From: Nitrososphaeraceae archaeon
GTDB lineage: Archaea > Thermoproteota > Nitrososphaeria > Nitrososphaerales > Nitrososphaeraceae
Direction: 5' to 3'
DNA: 15,472 nucleotides
NCBI GenBank assembly: GCA_035250975.1
Contig: DATFEP010000077.1
Location: forward strand, 1 to 15,472
The notes under the pieces were generated by a model. The model saw only the letters and a program-made list of their open reading frames with translations. It did not search any database and was not told the origin of the DNA. Positions 1 to 8,709 of the stretch are shown here, in pieces (positions within the stretch are counted from its first letter, which is position 1; the number at the start of each line of letters is the position of its first letter). The position numbers were made by a program, and so were the translations under genes.

Positions 1-370
1 CTCCCCATAAAGGACCAGTTTGAAAACCCCATACTTGTCTTTGACGGCAATCATATTCTTTGCCAGCAGTACAGTCCTTACATATTCTACAGGTTAGATT
101 GGGATGTCCTACTATTCTGTCTCCTTTTTTTATATCTAAAATATTTTCTCCAATATCTACTACTGTTCCAGAAACATCACTTCCAGAAATGTGAGGAAGA
201 GGAATCTTGATTGGTTCTCCCCATATTCCCCAAAGATCATTGTAATTGTAAGATGCTGCTTCCACTTTTATAAGAACTTGATTATGTTTAATTTTAGGAA
301 TTTCTATCTCTTCTATTCTTACAACTTTTCGTGGATCTTTATTATGTTCATGATATACAGCTGCCTTCAT
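1..370 (-). CDS. Zn-binding MDR-superfamily dehydrogenase/reductase (ADH/QOR-like), N-terminal part; continues beyond the window start
   Basis: Not in the ORF track. Manual translation from ATG at 370: MKAAVYHEHNKDPRKVVRIEEIEIPKIKHNQVLIKVEAASYNYNDLWGIWGEPIKIPLPHISGSDVSGTVVDIGENILDIKKGDRIVGHPNLTCRICKDCTAGKEYDCRQRQVWGFQTGPLWG. Shows the ADH_N pattern (PHISGSDVSG, GDRI) and the structural-Zn motif CxxCxxC-x7-C. The catalytic GHE motif is replaced by GSD. Confidence 0.92.
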   Translation of the reverse strand, partial: MKAAVYHEHNKDPRKVVRIEEIEIPKIKHNQVLIKVEAASYNYNDLWGIWGEPIKIPLPHISGSDVSGTVVDIGENILDIKKGDRIVGHPNLTCRICKDCTAGKEYDCRQRQVWGFQTGPLWG

Positions 371-470
371 TTCAATAAACAATAAGCAATAGGAAATTTA
401 AAGAATATGTCTACAAAGTATTCTAAAAAAATATACAAATCATTTGGTGTAGCAAAGCCTTGTTACTAGA

Positions 471-515
471 GGGCTCGGAGGATAGTCAATTGTTTTTGAC
501 ACAAGTTTGTAGTTC
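471..515 (+). repeat. Dispersed repeat family A, copy A1 (putative recombination/att site)
   Basis: GGGCTCGGAGGATAGTCAATTGTTTTTGACACAAGTTTGTAGTTC; 40/45 identical to the copy at 5738. Confidence 0.95.
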
Positions 516-588
516 AGAAACCAAAAAAATAGGAATTCATCTAATGCTTTTATTGTTTGAATAAATCCTAAATTAATTAAATAAAGTA

Positions 589-1572
589 TTAATGATGTTC
601 TTTTTGTAAGGTAGCAATTGTTGCCAATACCATTTTTGTAACTGAAGTTAAATAAATCCAATTTATTAAATCTGGTGTATCAGTTGCAGAATGATAATGA
701 GGATTTTCATCTTCAGCGGATCCATCATAGGCACCAATTACAACATGTCCTTTGGCTTCAAAATGTTCATAATCACTACCATAAATATGTTTTAACAAAG
801 GGGGCTGTAGATCTGTGTACATTGACATTTTGACCATCAAATTTCCACATTCAATTGAATCATTATCATTTTGTTTTACTTTATTATATCGGCATTTGTC
901 ATCCTTATCATCATAATTATCTACTTCGACTACTACTATTCCAGCTCCTAGAAAAGGATTTCCTATCATGTCAAGATTAATTAGTCGAAATATCTGGATG
1001 CCATTTTCTTTGACATATTGAGCATAATGTTCTGATCCCAAAAGACCTCGTTCTTCACCAGAAAATAGAACAAATTGGATACCATATTCCATCTGTGGTT
1101 GGTTATAGAGTATACGCGCAATTTCTAAAATTGCGCTTACCCCACTTGCATTATCATTTGCGCCTGGAGCTCTTGAAATAGCATCTTCCAAATTAACTTT
1201 TAAAATTGTATCATAATGAGCACAAATCAAAATGTATTTGTTATCATTACCTTCTTTAGTACATATAACATTTTTGAGATTATAATTACAATTATCAATA
1301 TATGCCTTGTAATTATCAAAATAAACATCATGATATCCTATATTTTTGAATTCATCCAATAGCCAATCAGCAGCCTTATTAATCTGTCTAGACTTACTAT
1401 GTCTATTATGAAACGAGCTTAGATAATTTAATTTTGTTTTTATATTATCCAATGAAAGTTGATCTAATAATGATCCAATGTCATTATCTAATTTTATTTC
1501 AGACTTTTGCATGTCAATTGTAATTGTTTTCATGTCTCCGGTTCTTTTATCAATTTTAAAATTTTTACACAT
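589..1572 (-). CDS. M28 family Zn-metallopeptidase (aminopeptidase-like)
   Basis: Motifs CAHYDT, PGANDNASG, FSGEERGLLGS, INLDMIG, GSD and HYHSATD. No evident signal peptide. The start could instead be the downstream Met (MKTITID). Confidence 0.93.
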   Translation of the reverse strand: MCKNFKIDKRTGDMKTITIDMQKSEIKLDNDIGSLLDQLSLDNIKTKLNYLSSFHNRHSKSRQINKAADWLLDEFKNIGYHDVYFDNYKAYIDNCNYNLKNVICTKEGNDNKYILICAHYDTILKVNLEDAISRAPGANDNASGVSAILEIARILYNQPQMEYGIQFVLFSGEERGLLGSEHYAQYVKENGIQIFRLINLDMIGNPFLGAGIVVVEVDNYDDKDDKCRYNKVKQNDNDSIECGNLMVKMSMYTDLQPPLLKHIYGSDYEHFEAKGHVVIGAYDGSAEDENPHYHSATDTPDLINWIYLTSVTKMVLATIATLQKEHH

Positions 1573-1852
1573 GTTTAATTCACCAGTATTATTTTACTCT
1601 TAAACTTTTTATTATCCTCCAATATTATGTCATTATCTATTTGTTTAATAAAAAAGGATCTTAAAACCCTGCACGTTTTTGTCAAATTGACTTTTATTTT
1701 TAGACTCAATATTAATTTCTGCCATGGGAATGTTTCGTCCAGATATATTTAAGTTTATTTATGAGTAAATATAGAATTCTTAAATTATAAATTTACAATT
1801 TTTTAGTCGTCTCAATATTAGATTACTAAAAGTATATGATTAACAGCCAAGT

Positions 1853-1897
1853 GCAATCAGAAGCGTATCCACTGTTTTTGACACAAATTTGTAGTTC
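1853..1897 (+). repeat. Repeat family A, copy A2 (left half diverged)
   Basis: GCAATCAGAAGCGTATCCACTGTTTTTGACACAAATTTGTAGTTC. The right 26 nt match the consensus almost exactly; the left arm resembles the A4 subtype (GTATC(C/A)AC). Confidence 0.88.
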
Positions 1898-1942
1898 AAA
1901 GTAAGTATTTTTTATTTCAATAAGTAATAATATTGTGATCGA

Positions 1943-1952
1943 ACTTATAATA
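1943..1952 (+). promoter_or_regulatory. Putative archaeal TATA box for the PPOX gene
   Basis: TTATAA at 1945-1950, about 25 bp before ATG 1975, the spacing typical of leaderless archaeal transcripts. The AT-rich background weakens the call. Confidence 0.45.
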
Positions 1953-1974
1953 ATCTATCTAACCAATAATCCTA

Positions 1975-2409
1975 ATGGTAGAAATGACTAAAGATGAAAT
2001 CCGAAATTTTCTTTTAAAAGGCACTTTTACAGGGAAACTCGGGACAATTAACAAGAATGGAACACCACATGTGGTTCCTGTTTGGTATACTTTAGATGAC
2101 GAGGATAATATTTTATTTAATACAGATAATAGTTCAGTAAAAGCAAAGAATATTCAACGTGACAATCGAGTCCGTTTATGTGTAGACGATCAGGTTCCTC
2201 TTTTCTCATTTGTTACTATTGATGGTATTGCAGAATCAATTAGTAATGAACCAACCGAAGTTTACAAGTGGGCTAAAATTATCGCGGCTAGGTATATGGG
2301 TAATGATAAAGCAGCAGAGTATGGCAGGAGAAATAGTTCAGAAGGTGAACTATTGATAAAAATAAAACCAACCAAAGTTATTGGTCAAAAAGATATAGCA
2401 GGATGGTAA
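1975..2409 (+). CDS. PPOX-class (pyridoxamine 5'-phosphate oxidase-like) probable F420-dependent oxidoreductase
   Basis: LGTINKNGTPHVVPVWY, KAKNIQRDNRVRLCVDD, VTIDGIA and IKIKP: the split-barrel FMN/F420-binding family pattern; 144 aa. Confidence 0.92.
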   Translation: MVEMTKDEIRNFLLKGTFTGKLGTINKNGTPHVVPVWYTLDDEDNILFNTDNSSVKAKNIQRDNRVRLCVDDQVPLFSFVTIDGIAESISNEPTEVYKWAKIIAARYMGNDKAAEYGRRNSSEGELLIKIKPTKVIGQKDIAGW

Positions 2410-2499
2410 ATAATCGACTCAACTTTTCATAAATGAATGGTTTATTTATAAATTAATGAATTAAAGGTCAAAAAATTATACAAGTCGTTGGTATTATGT

Positions 2500-2543
2500 G
2501 GGTTCTGAGGACTTAGAATTCTCATTATAACAGGGTTCGGTAA
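2500..2543 (+). repeat. Repeat family B, degenerate copy B1
   Basis: GGGTTCTGAGGACTTAGA-N15-GGGTTCGGTAA aligns without gaps to 7165 GGGATCGGAGGGCTTCGA-N15-GGGATCGGTAA (14/18 and 10/11 in the two blocks; the middle has diverged). Confidence 0.65.
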
Positions 2544-2991
2544 CATTACATAATATAATTAGTTTTTGATAATTTTGAAGTATTATAACATCATTATCCT
2601 AGATTTTCAATCCAAGTACGATTTATATTATATCTTTATTTGGGAATAAAATAAATACTAGAAATTCTGGTAGATACATAGTTATACAACGGAATCTAAT
2701 TTAGAATTTACAGAAAATGTTAAAGATGATCTTGAGATAACTATGACAGCAAAGAAGTATTAAGGAAAGTTTGCTTAAATCTTAATGTACATATTAACAA
2801 TATGTCCATCTGTATATTCAGTTAGACGATCAGGAGTGGAGTCGTTCATGTAATAGGGTTTTCTTATCTTGTATTTGGTTTTTTGTGTAATACCAATAAA
2901 TAATTTAGTACATTAGGATATATTATAAATTTAAAGAATGAAAGGAAGGTATACAAAAATAATGTTACATCAGGTGGTTGATACCTTCTTG

Positions 2992-3384
2992 TTAATCAAT
3001 ATATTCTAAGTTGAATTTGACAGTACTATCCTCATCTTTAGGTAATTTTTTAGTCTGGCAGTATTCTGAATTATCATCTGATTCTTCTAAACATACTTTA
3101 ACTTTATCACCTGGTTCGCCTGATATCTTTTCTTTTATTTTTTCTGTGTTATCATTTATTTTTACAGTTGTTTCTATCTTATCATCTTCTGTTTTGATAG
3201 AGACATCTGTTTTAGTATCGACATTTTCTTCATTCTTGATAGATATATTAATTTTATAATCTTCTGCAAAAGATTGTTGAGACATCAAGAAAGGAGAAAC
3301 AAATAAAGTTGCTATCATTAATAAATATATAATAAATTTTAAGTTAAGTCTTAGATAATTTTTATTCTTTATTATATTATCCAT
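2992..3384 (-). CDS. Hypothetical secreted/membrane-anchored protein
   Basis: N-terminal basic and hydrophobic signal ending in SFA|E, followed by an acidic beta-rich domain with a Cys pair (VKVC...EYC). TTTATAAA box 20-27 bp upstream. Confidence 0.8.
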   Translation of the reverse strand: MDNIIKNKNYLRLNLKFIIYLLMIATLFVSPFLMSQQSFAEDYKINISIKNEENVDTKTDVSIKTEDDKIETTVKINDNTEKIKEKISGEPGDKVKVCLEESDDNSEYCQTKKLPKDEDSTVKFNLEYID

Positions 3385-3403
3385 ATTACTTATTTATTAT
3401 TAC

Positions 3404-3416
3404 TTTATAAAAATTT
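3404..3416 (-). promoter_or_regulatory. Putative BRE/TATA for the 2992-3384 gene
   Basis: The minus strand reads AAAAATTTTTATAAAG about 20-32 bp before the ATG. Confidence 0.45.
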
Positions 3417-3933
3417 TTAGAGATATGTATCTATAAAAAAAATCAGAATTAAATACAGTATAGTATTCTATTGTTAATATGTGATTTTCCAAAATTTTGT
3501 TTGTTGTAAAATAATAAAGAATCAACAAAACAAAAGAAATCATTAGTAATAAATTATATTATCATCTTTTACTGTAATTATGATAAAATATTATGACCGG
3601 TAATAGAGCTCAAAAAAATATTCTACCAAACAAGAGTTCGAGAAAGCAACTGTTGTAACAAATAACAAAGACAATGAAAATCTAAAAGAACTAAACAAAA
3701 TAGTTGATTTTTGTCCTAGATGGGAGAAACAAGAAGAAAATTTTGGCAAAGCCATAATGAATAATATTTGGGTAAATAATTTAGAATATAAATTATGTAT
3801 TAAAATTTCATAGTAGTATAAAATCTCTTTATTCATTATTTTTTTATATTATAAAACAATATCCTAGGATCTAGCCTCAGCAATATTTCTTATAGTAGTA
3901 ATCTTTATTTAGAATAATTACAATCTATTTCTA

Positions 3934-4551
3934 TTGGTATCCGGAAGATACTTTAACAAAGGAGTAAAAGCTTTAGATGAACCTAACTTAGGACACGTAG
4001 TTAGGGAAGCACCGGATAAAATTGTGATATTTGGTGGAAAAAATAAGAGATACGATATACCTATTTCGGAAATTCAACAGGTTGGTGCTAATGTTCTTAT
4101 TGGGTTACCATTTTCTGAAATTGAAAGTAAATATAGTGTAAATCGAAATGATCCACTTCCTACTAGTAGAAAAGATCCTTGGCAAACGGATAATCAAACG
4201 GATTTGGCCACTTATGAGGGCAAATATCCAAACTCATTATTTAATAAAGGAGTAAGAACAGAAAATGAAGACCACGTTGGACATGTTATGAAAGAAACAG
4301 ATGATAAAATAGTAGTTTTTGGATATGGAAGTGAAAGATTTGATATTCCCAAATCCGAGATACTTGCAGTAGGAAGAAATGTTATTGTAAAAAAGAACTT
4401 TCCAGAATTATTTATGTTTAAGGTAGATATGAATTCACCATTACCAACTGGAGAGCCATTAGAAAACATAGATGAAGAAGCATATCCTGAATATTACCAT
4501 GGTCCTAGAGATGATAAAGAAGATAAACATGATTTAATATATCCAAAATAA
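3934..4551 (+). CDS. Hypothetical protein with two tandem ~70-aa PRC-barrel-like domains
   Basis: Internal duplication: FNKGVKALDEPNLGHVVREAPDKIVIFG...RYDIPISEIQQVGANV...PLPT versus FNKGVRTENEDHVGHVMKETDDKIVVFG...RFDIPKSEILAVGRNV...PLPT. The 'G.V...IP...I..VG.NV' pattern is PRC-barrel-like (inference). Confidence 0.8.
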   Translation: MVSGRYFNKGVKALDEPNLGHVVREAPDKIVIFGGKNKRYDIPISEIQQVGANVLIGLPFSEIESKYSVNRNDPLPTSRKDPWQTDNQTDLATYEGKYPNSLFNKGVRTENEDHVGHVMKETDDKIVVFGYGSERFDIPKSEILAVGRNVIVKKNFPELFMFKVDMNSPLPTGEPLENIDEEAYPEYYHGPRDDKEDKHDLIYPK

Positions 4552-4914
4552 AATCTAACTATCTTTGTCTATAATGTCTTTTCTGTTATATCATTATCAA
4601 TATTGATTTTTTAAATTGTCCACAAAAGTATATCATTTATTCCTATTTCTTCTTTTTTGATTATTTCTGCATGATTGAAAATAGAAGGTTTTTGACATAA
4701 TTTCCTTTATAGTTTTAATGCATTCTAATTTGAATCTTTAAGAAATAGAGAAAAAATGTCTATTAATATGTTAATGTCTGTTATAGTATATTTATACATA
4801 TTCTTTCTGGATAACATGTTATTTGTTTCGATGAAGAAAGACAATATAGGTCAATCAATGGTCACACAATCTGAAATGTTTCTAATGAAAGAAGATTAAA
4901 TTGTTATAATTGAC

Positions 4915-5583
4915 TCATTTCTTCCCTAAATCTATAGTCTCATTGTCTATTGGAGATAACTTGAACAGTTCTTGGTTATTTTGCTTATAATCTGATCTTT
5001 CTTTTATTACCACTTCACAATCTGATTCAAAGATATCTCCCTGAGTTGTATTCAAATTAACTACTACATCCATCCCATCTCCACATTGAAAAATATCCTT
5101 GGCATTACCGCCAACAAGCAGATCATTTCCATTTTCTCCAAAAAACTTGTTTACATCCTTTGAGGTTGTAGAAGCAAAATCTCTAAGCCAGTCATCCCCT
5201 TCACCTCCATAAAGTTCATCATTCCCTTTGTAACCCATCAATATGTCATCATTTAAACCACCAATTAAAACATCCTTTCCATATTTAGTTTCATTAAAAA
5301 CCTCACTTGAAAGATCACCAATAATTGTATCCGCTCCCTCTCCTCCAAAAATAACATCATCTCCCCCCATTCCACGCAAATAATCTGAGCCTGTCCATCC
5401 GTATATTATATTGTTATTATTATTTCCAGTAATGTCATCGTCTGTTTCATCCCCTGTGCAGATCAGCAGACTCTCATCACACCAATATTTTATTCCTTGT
5501 ACTTCTTTAAAGAAAGAAACTCCAGTTGGAATAACTAGCGAAATTGATATTATAATTAGTGATATTACCTTCATCTTGATCAT
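4915..5583 (-). CDS. Secreted hemolysin-type (RTX-like) calcium-binding repeat protein
   Basis: Signal-like N-terminus; multiple GGxGxDxLxG nonapeptides (GMGGDDVIFGGEGADTIIG, GYKGNDELYGGEGDDWL); C-terminal cap CGDGMD...GD...DCE. Confidence 0.9.
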   Translation of the reverse strand: MIKMKVISLIIISISLVIPTGVSFFKEVQGIKYWCDESLLICTGDETDDDITGNNNNNIIYGWTGSDYLRGMGGDDVIFGGEGADTIIGDLSSEVFNETKYGKDVLIGGLNDDILMGYKGNDELYGGEGDDWLRDFASTTSKDVNKFFGENGNDLLVGGNAKDIFQCGDGMDVVVNLNTTQGDIFESDCEVVIKERSDYKQNNQELFKLSPIDNETIDLGKK

Positions 5584-5737
5584 TGTTACTCTTGGATTTT
5601 CCCATAAATAAATAAACCGTTCGTTTATTGAAAGTATTCTCTTCTACCTTTTTTAACATAGTTTCAATTTTTGGCGCATTGATATATCTTCTTCTTGTAT
5701 TCTTACGAGAGATTTGTATATGAACGCCGATATGATA

Positions 5738-5782
5738 GGGCTCGGAGGATAGTCAACTAATTTTGACACAATTTTGTAGTTT
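5738..5782 (+). repeat. Repeat family A, copy A3
   Basis: GGGCTCGGAGGATAGTCAACTAATTTTGACACAATTTTGTAGTTT; ends 16 bp from the GT2 stop codon. Confidence 0.95.
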
Positions 5783-5798
5783 TAAAAATAAAAATTAT

Positions 5799-7031
5799 TT
5801 ATATCGTTCTCTGATTTTCCTTAATCGTATATTTTCTGTCCTTCCAATTAACAGTGTGTTTATATGCAGAATTAATTATGGATGTAAAAAATACAATAAA
5901 TACAAAAGTACATGCTAATGGAAAGGCTACTGAATAGAAGATATTTTGAACTATTAAATATTTTAAATGCAAAATACTTGTTATTATCAACAATAAAATT
6001 GATGTTATGGCTAAAGATAGCAAAACTATATTTAGATTGGTCATATAATCTGTTATATGTTCTTGCTGTAACACCATGCTCATAATTGAGAATGCCAATA
6101 CAATTAGAGGTAGTAAGAGTAAAAGAAATGTTGCAATCACCATAAAACATGCCTTTATTTTTTCTCTTTTGTATATGGAAATCATTAATCTTCTAAGTCC
6201 ATGCCAAAGAGTAGAAGGGTCTCTTGCCCATAAAGCCTCTATGTGGTCTTTGCCATTAACTACTTTAAGTTTAAAGCCTTTCTCTTTTACTTTTCTTCCT
6301 AGTGCACCATCTTCTACAATTTCTTCCCTTACTGCTTTATGAGTACCAATTACCTCATAGGTTCTTCGTGTTATTATAAAAAAACTGCCAAAGAGGTATC
6401 CTATCTTGCTATTGGGATTGTTTGCTTTTAGCGCGGAGTATCTAGCCAAAGAAAGAGTCCAAAGTATAGGTAGAGTAATCTTTGTCCAAAAATCAGTTGT
6501 CGATATTTTGGGCATTGCAGTAAGAACATCAAGTTCTTCAGCTAAAAAATGATTCACAGCTAAAGAGATAGAGGTTAAAGAATGGATAGTGTCCGCATCA
6601 GTAAAAAGAAAGAGATCGCCTGTTGATTTAAGATATCCCTGATGGCAAGCCCAATTCTTTCCTGTCCAGTCATCTGGCTTTGGTTCTGCATTTACATACA
6701 CAACTCTAGAATTTGTTGTGCTATAATTCTTAATTATTTCAGCTGTTCTATCAGATGAAGAATCATTAATTACAACTATTTCATAATTGGAATAGTCTTG
6801 CTCAATTAAAGTTTTAAGACATTTTTCTATGTATTTTTCCTCATTTCTTGCAGGAACAATTATGCTCACCTTAGGAAAAACGATGTTTTTTTTAGATGCT
6901 ATAAAAGATTGTAGTTTTGGTACCTGTATTAGAGATTTTATAGTATAAACAAGAAAGTATACCCATGAAAAGAAAACACTGGAAATTATAGCAATTAAAG
7001 TTATTAATACAGCAAAATTATATTCTACCAA
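5799..7031 (-). CDS. Membrane-bound family 2 glycosyltransferase (HpnB/CrtQ-like lipid glycosyltransferase subgroup)
   Basis: VSIIVPARNEE, VINDSSSD, WTGKNWAC, FTDADT (DXD) and IVEDGALG. One N-terminal and three C-terminal TM segments; C-terminal VNWKDRKY. Confidence 0.92.
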   Translation of the reverse strand: MVEYNFAVLITLIAIISSVFFSWVYFLVYTIKSLIQVPKLQSFIASKKNIVFPKVSIIVPARNEEKYIEKCLKTLIEQDYSNYEIVVINDSSSDRTAEIIKNYSTTNSRVVYVNAEPKPDDWTGKNWACHQGYLKSTGDLFLFTDADTIHSLTSISLAVNHFLAEELDVLTAMPKISTTDFWTKITLPILWTLSLARYSALKANNPNSKIGYLFGSFFIITRRTYEVIGTHKAVREEIVEDGALGRKVKEKGFKLKVVNGKDHIEALWARDPSTLWHGLRRLMISIYKREKIKACFMVIATFLLLLLPLIVLAFSIMSMVLQQEHITDYMTNLNIVLLSLAITSILLLIITSILHLKYLIVQNIFYSVAFPLACTFVFIVFFTSIINSAYKHTVNWKDRKYTIKENQRTI

Positions 7032-7164
7032 TTAATATTAAGAAATATTTCTCTTTACATATAAATAATTTTTATATTATTTAATGCCTATAATATATAT
7101 AAATACATCAAAATTTATGGGAATGTCGTAAATAATGTAATACCTTTTCTATTTAGTATATTTT

Positions 7165-7206
7165 GGGATCGGAGGGCTTCGAGTATGACATGTAGTTGGG
7201 ATCGGT
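7165..7206 (+). repeat. Repeat family B, copy B2
   Basis: GGGATCGGAGGGCTTCGAGTATGACATGTAGTTGGGATCGGT; 38/42 identical to 12140. Contains TTGGGATCGG twice, 33 bp apart. Confidence 0.95.
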
Positions 7207-7652
7207 AAACTAGTATTTATTAATTTGGTAACTTATTTCAAATCTTTACGTACTGTTCCAATAGAATCTTAGGAAAGATAATAAAAGGATTTGAAACTTA
7301 TATCTTGTTTTCTATATTTTTATATCTTATATCCTAATTTGTTCTGTTATTATTATGTAATTATGTTCAACAACTATTCAGTAATATCATATTGATTATA
7401 CTACATAGAATTTTTCCTATGTATTAAAAAAATTGAATATTAATAACTTGAGATTTTATCAAATAAATAAATAATAATCATCAATGACGGGGAATAGATT
7501 CTGTTCAGGTCTATCCATGGGTTTCATTAGATAAAAATCAATCTTTGTCTTATTGATAGATCTTATAGCAGCATATATGGCTGAGTATATCAAATTTTTA
7601 TATCATATATATCGATTAGTACAGATGTGCAAATGGATGAACGAATAAGTCT

Positions 7653-7658
7653 GGAGGT
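7653..7658 (+). promoter_or_regulatory. Shine-Dalgarno sequence of the LLM gene
   Basis: GGAGGT 6 nt before the GTG start at 7665. Confidence 0.7.
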
Positions 7659-7664
7659 AAAAAT

Positions 7665-8648
7665 GTGACACAAGAAGATTTAGGTTTGCAAGTTGCCCCA
7701 ATATTCAGACCAACCCGAGAACGCGTTGGACTCATCGTCAATGGGGCAAATGCAGCAGCAGCAATAAAAACAATTGCTGCAGCCGAAGCTGCTGGTGTCC
7801 AGCAAATCTGGATGGCTCAGCCTCCTTGGTCCCCTGACGTACTGACAACACTTGCAGCAGCAGCAATAAAAACATCTAGAGTACATTTAGGAACGTCTAT
7901 TGTACCAACATATCCACGACACCCGATAGTCCTAGCACAGCAGGCTCTTTCGCTCTATGATATTGCACCAGGTCGATTGCGCCTGGGAATTGGCCCTAGC
8001 CATCGTGCTATTATAGAGGATATGTATGGCTTACCCCAGACAAAACCCTTGGTCCATTTACGCGAATATGTGAAAGTGCTGCATTCCGCTCTCTGGGATG
8101 GGAAGGTAGATCATCATGGAGAGTTCTTTAACATTGTAATCCAATTCCCACGTACAGCTCAAATTCCAGTGTTAATTTCAACATTAGGAAAAAAGGCGTT
8201 TCAATTGGCTGGAGAAATTGCTGATGGAGCTCTTTCATGGATGTGTCCTGTTCCGTATTTGCTCGATACAGGAATTCCGTCATTACGTAAAGCAGCAACT
8301 GCTAATGGACGCTCAAACCCTCCTCCATTGGTAGCACATGTTTTGGTAGCACTTTGCGAAGATCATGATTCTGTAATGGTGGCAGGCCATCAAATGATGG
8401 ACATGTATGCGAAATTTCCTTTTTATGTTAAAATGTTTGCTGCTGCAGGCTTCCCACTAACATCCGATAAGAAGGTGACTGATGATCTTGTTAATAATAT
8501 GATAATCTCTGGTCATGAAGCCACAGCGGCTGCATCGTTTACTAAACTTCTGACTGCAGGTTTGGATGAACTTATGGTAAGCCTGGTACCTATTGTAGAT
8601 GAGGACTATGAGCAGACCCAACTTATGCGTTTGATCGGCCAGCTGTAA
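7665..8648 (+). CDS. LLM-class (luciferase-like) flavin/F420-dependent oxidoreductase
   Basis: AEAAGVQQIW, TSRVHLGTSIVPTYPRHP, GRLRLGIGPSH and LAGEIADG motifs. Visibly higher GC than its neighbours. Confidence 0.94.
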   Translation: MTQEDLGLQVAPIFRPTRERVGLIVNGANAAAAIKTIAAAEAAGVQQIWMAQPPWSPDVLTTLAAAAIKTSRVHLGTSIVPTYPRHPIVLAQQALSLYDIAPGRLRLGIGPSHRAIIEDMYGLPQTKPLVHLREYVKVLHSALWDGKVDHHGEFFNIVIQFPRTAQIPVLISTLGKKAFQLAGEIADGALSWMCPVPYLLDTGIPSLRKAATANGRSNPPPLVAHVLVALCEDHDSVMVAGHQMMDMYAKFPFYVKMFAAAGFPLTSDKKVTDDLVNNMIISGHEATAAASFTKLLTAGLDELMVSLVPIVDEDYEQTQLMRLIGQL

Positions 8649-8709
8649 TGGCTGCAAGTAAGGGATAGTGCTTGGTCCATCGACTAAATGGGTTCAATAA
8701 TTAAAACTT

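Noticed and set aside
191-661. ORF-track entries 191-385 (+) and 440-661 (-)
   Set aside because: The first is antisense to the MDR dehydrogenase. The second overlaps the peptidase end and repeat A1 and has no protein-like features.
1681-1691. GTCAAATTGAC palindrome with the same arms as family A
   Set aside because: 1-bp rather than 6-bp spacer and no flanking similarity. Could be chance or an unrelated operator.
3591-3836. 81-aa minus-strand ORF, and a start-less plus-strand frame at about 3607-3813
   Set aside because: Neither has a recognisable motif. The plus frame may be a decayed gene but cannot be supported from sequence alone.
4688-4703. GTTTTTGACATAATTT partial match to the A right arm
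   Set aside because: Short and AT-rich, with no left arm or GTAGTTC tail.
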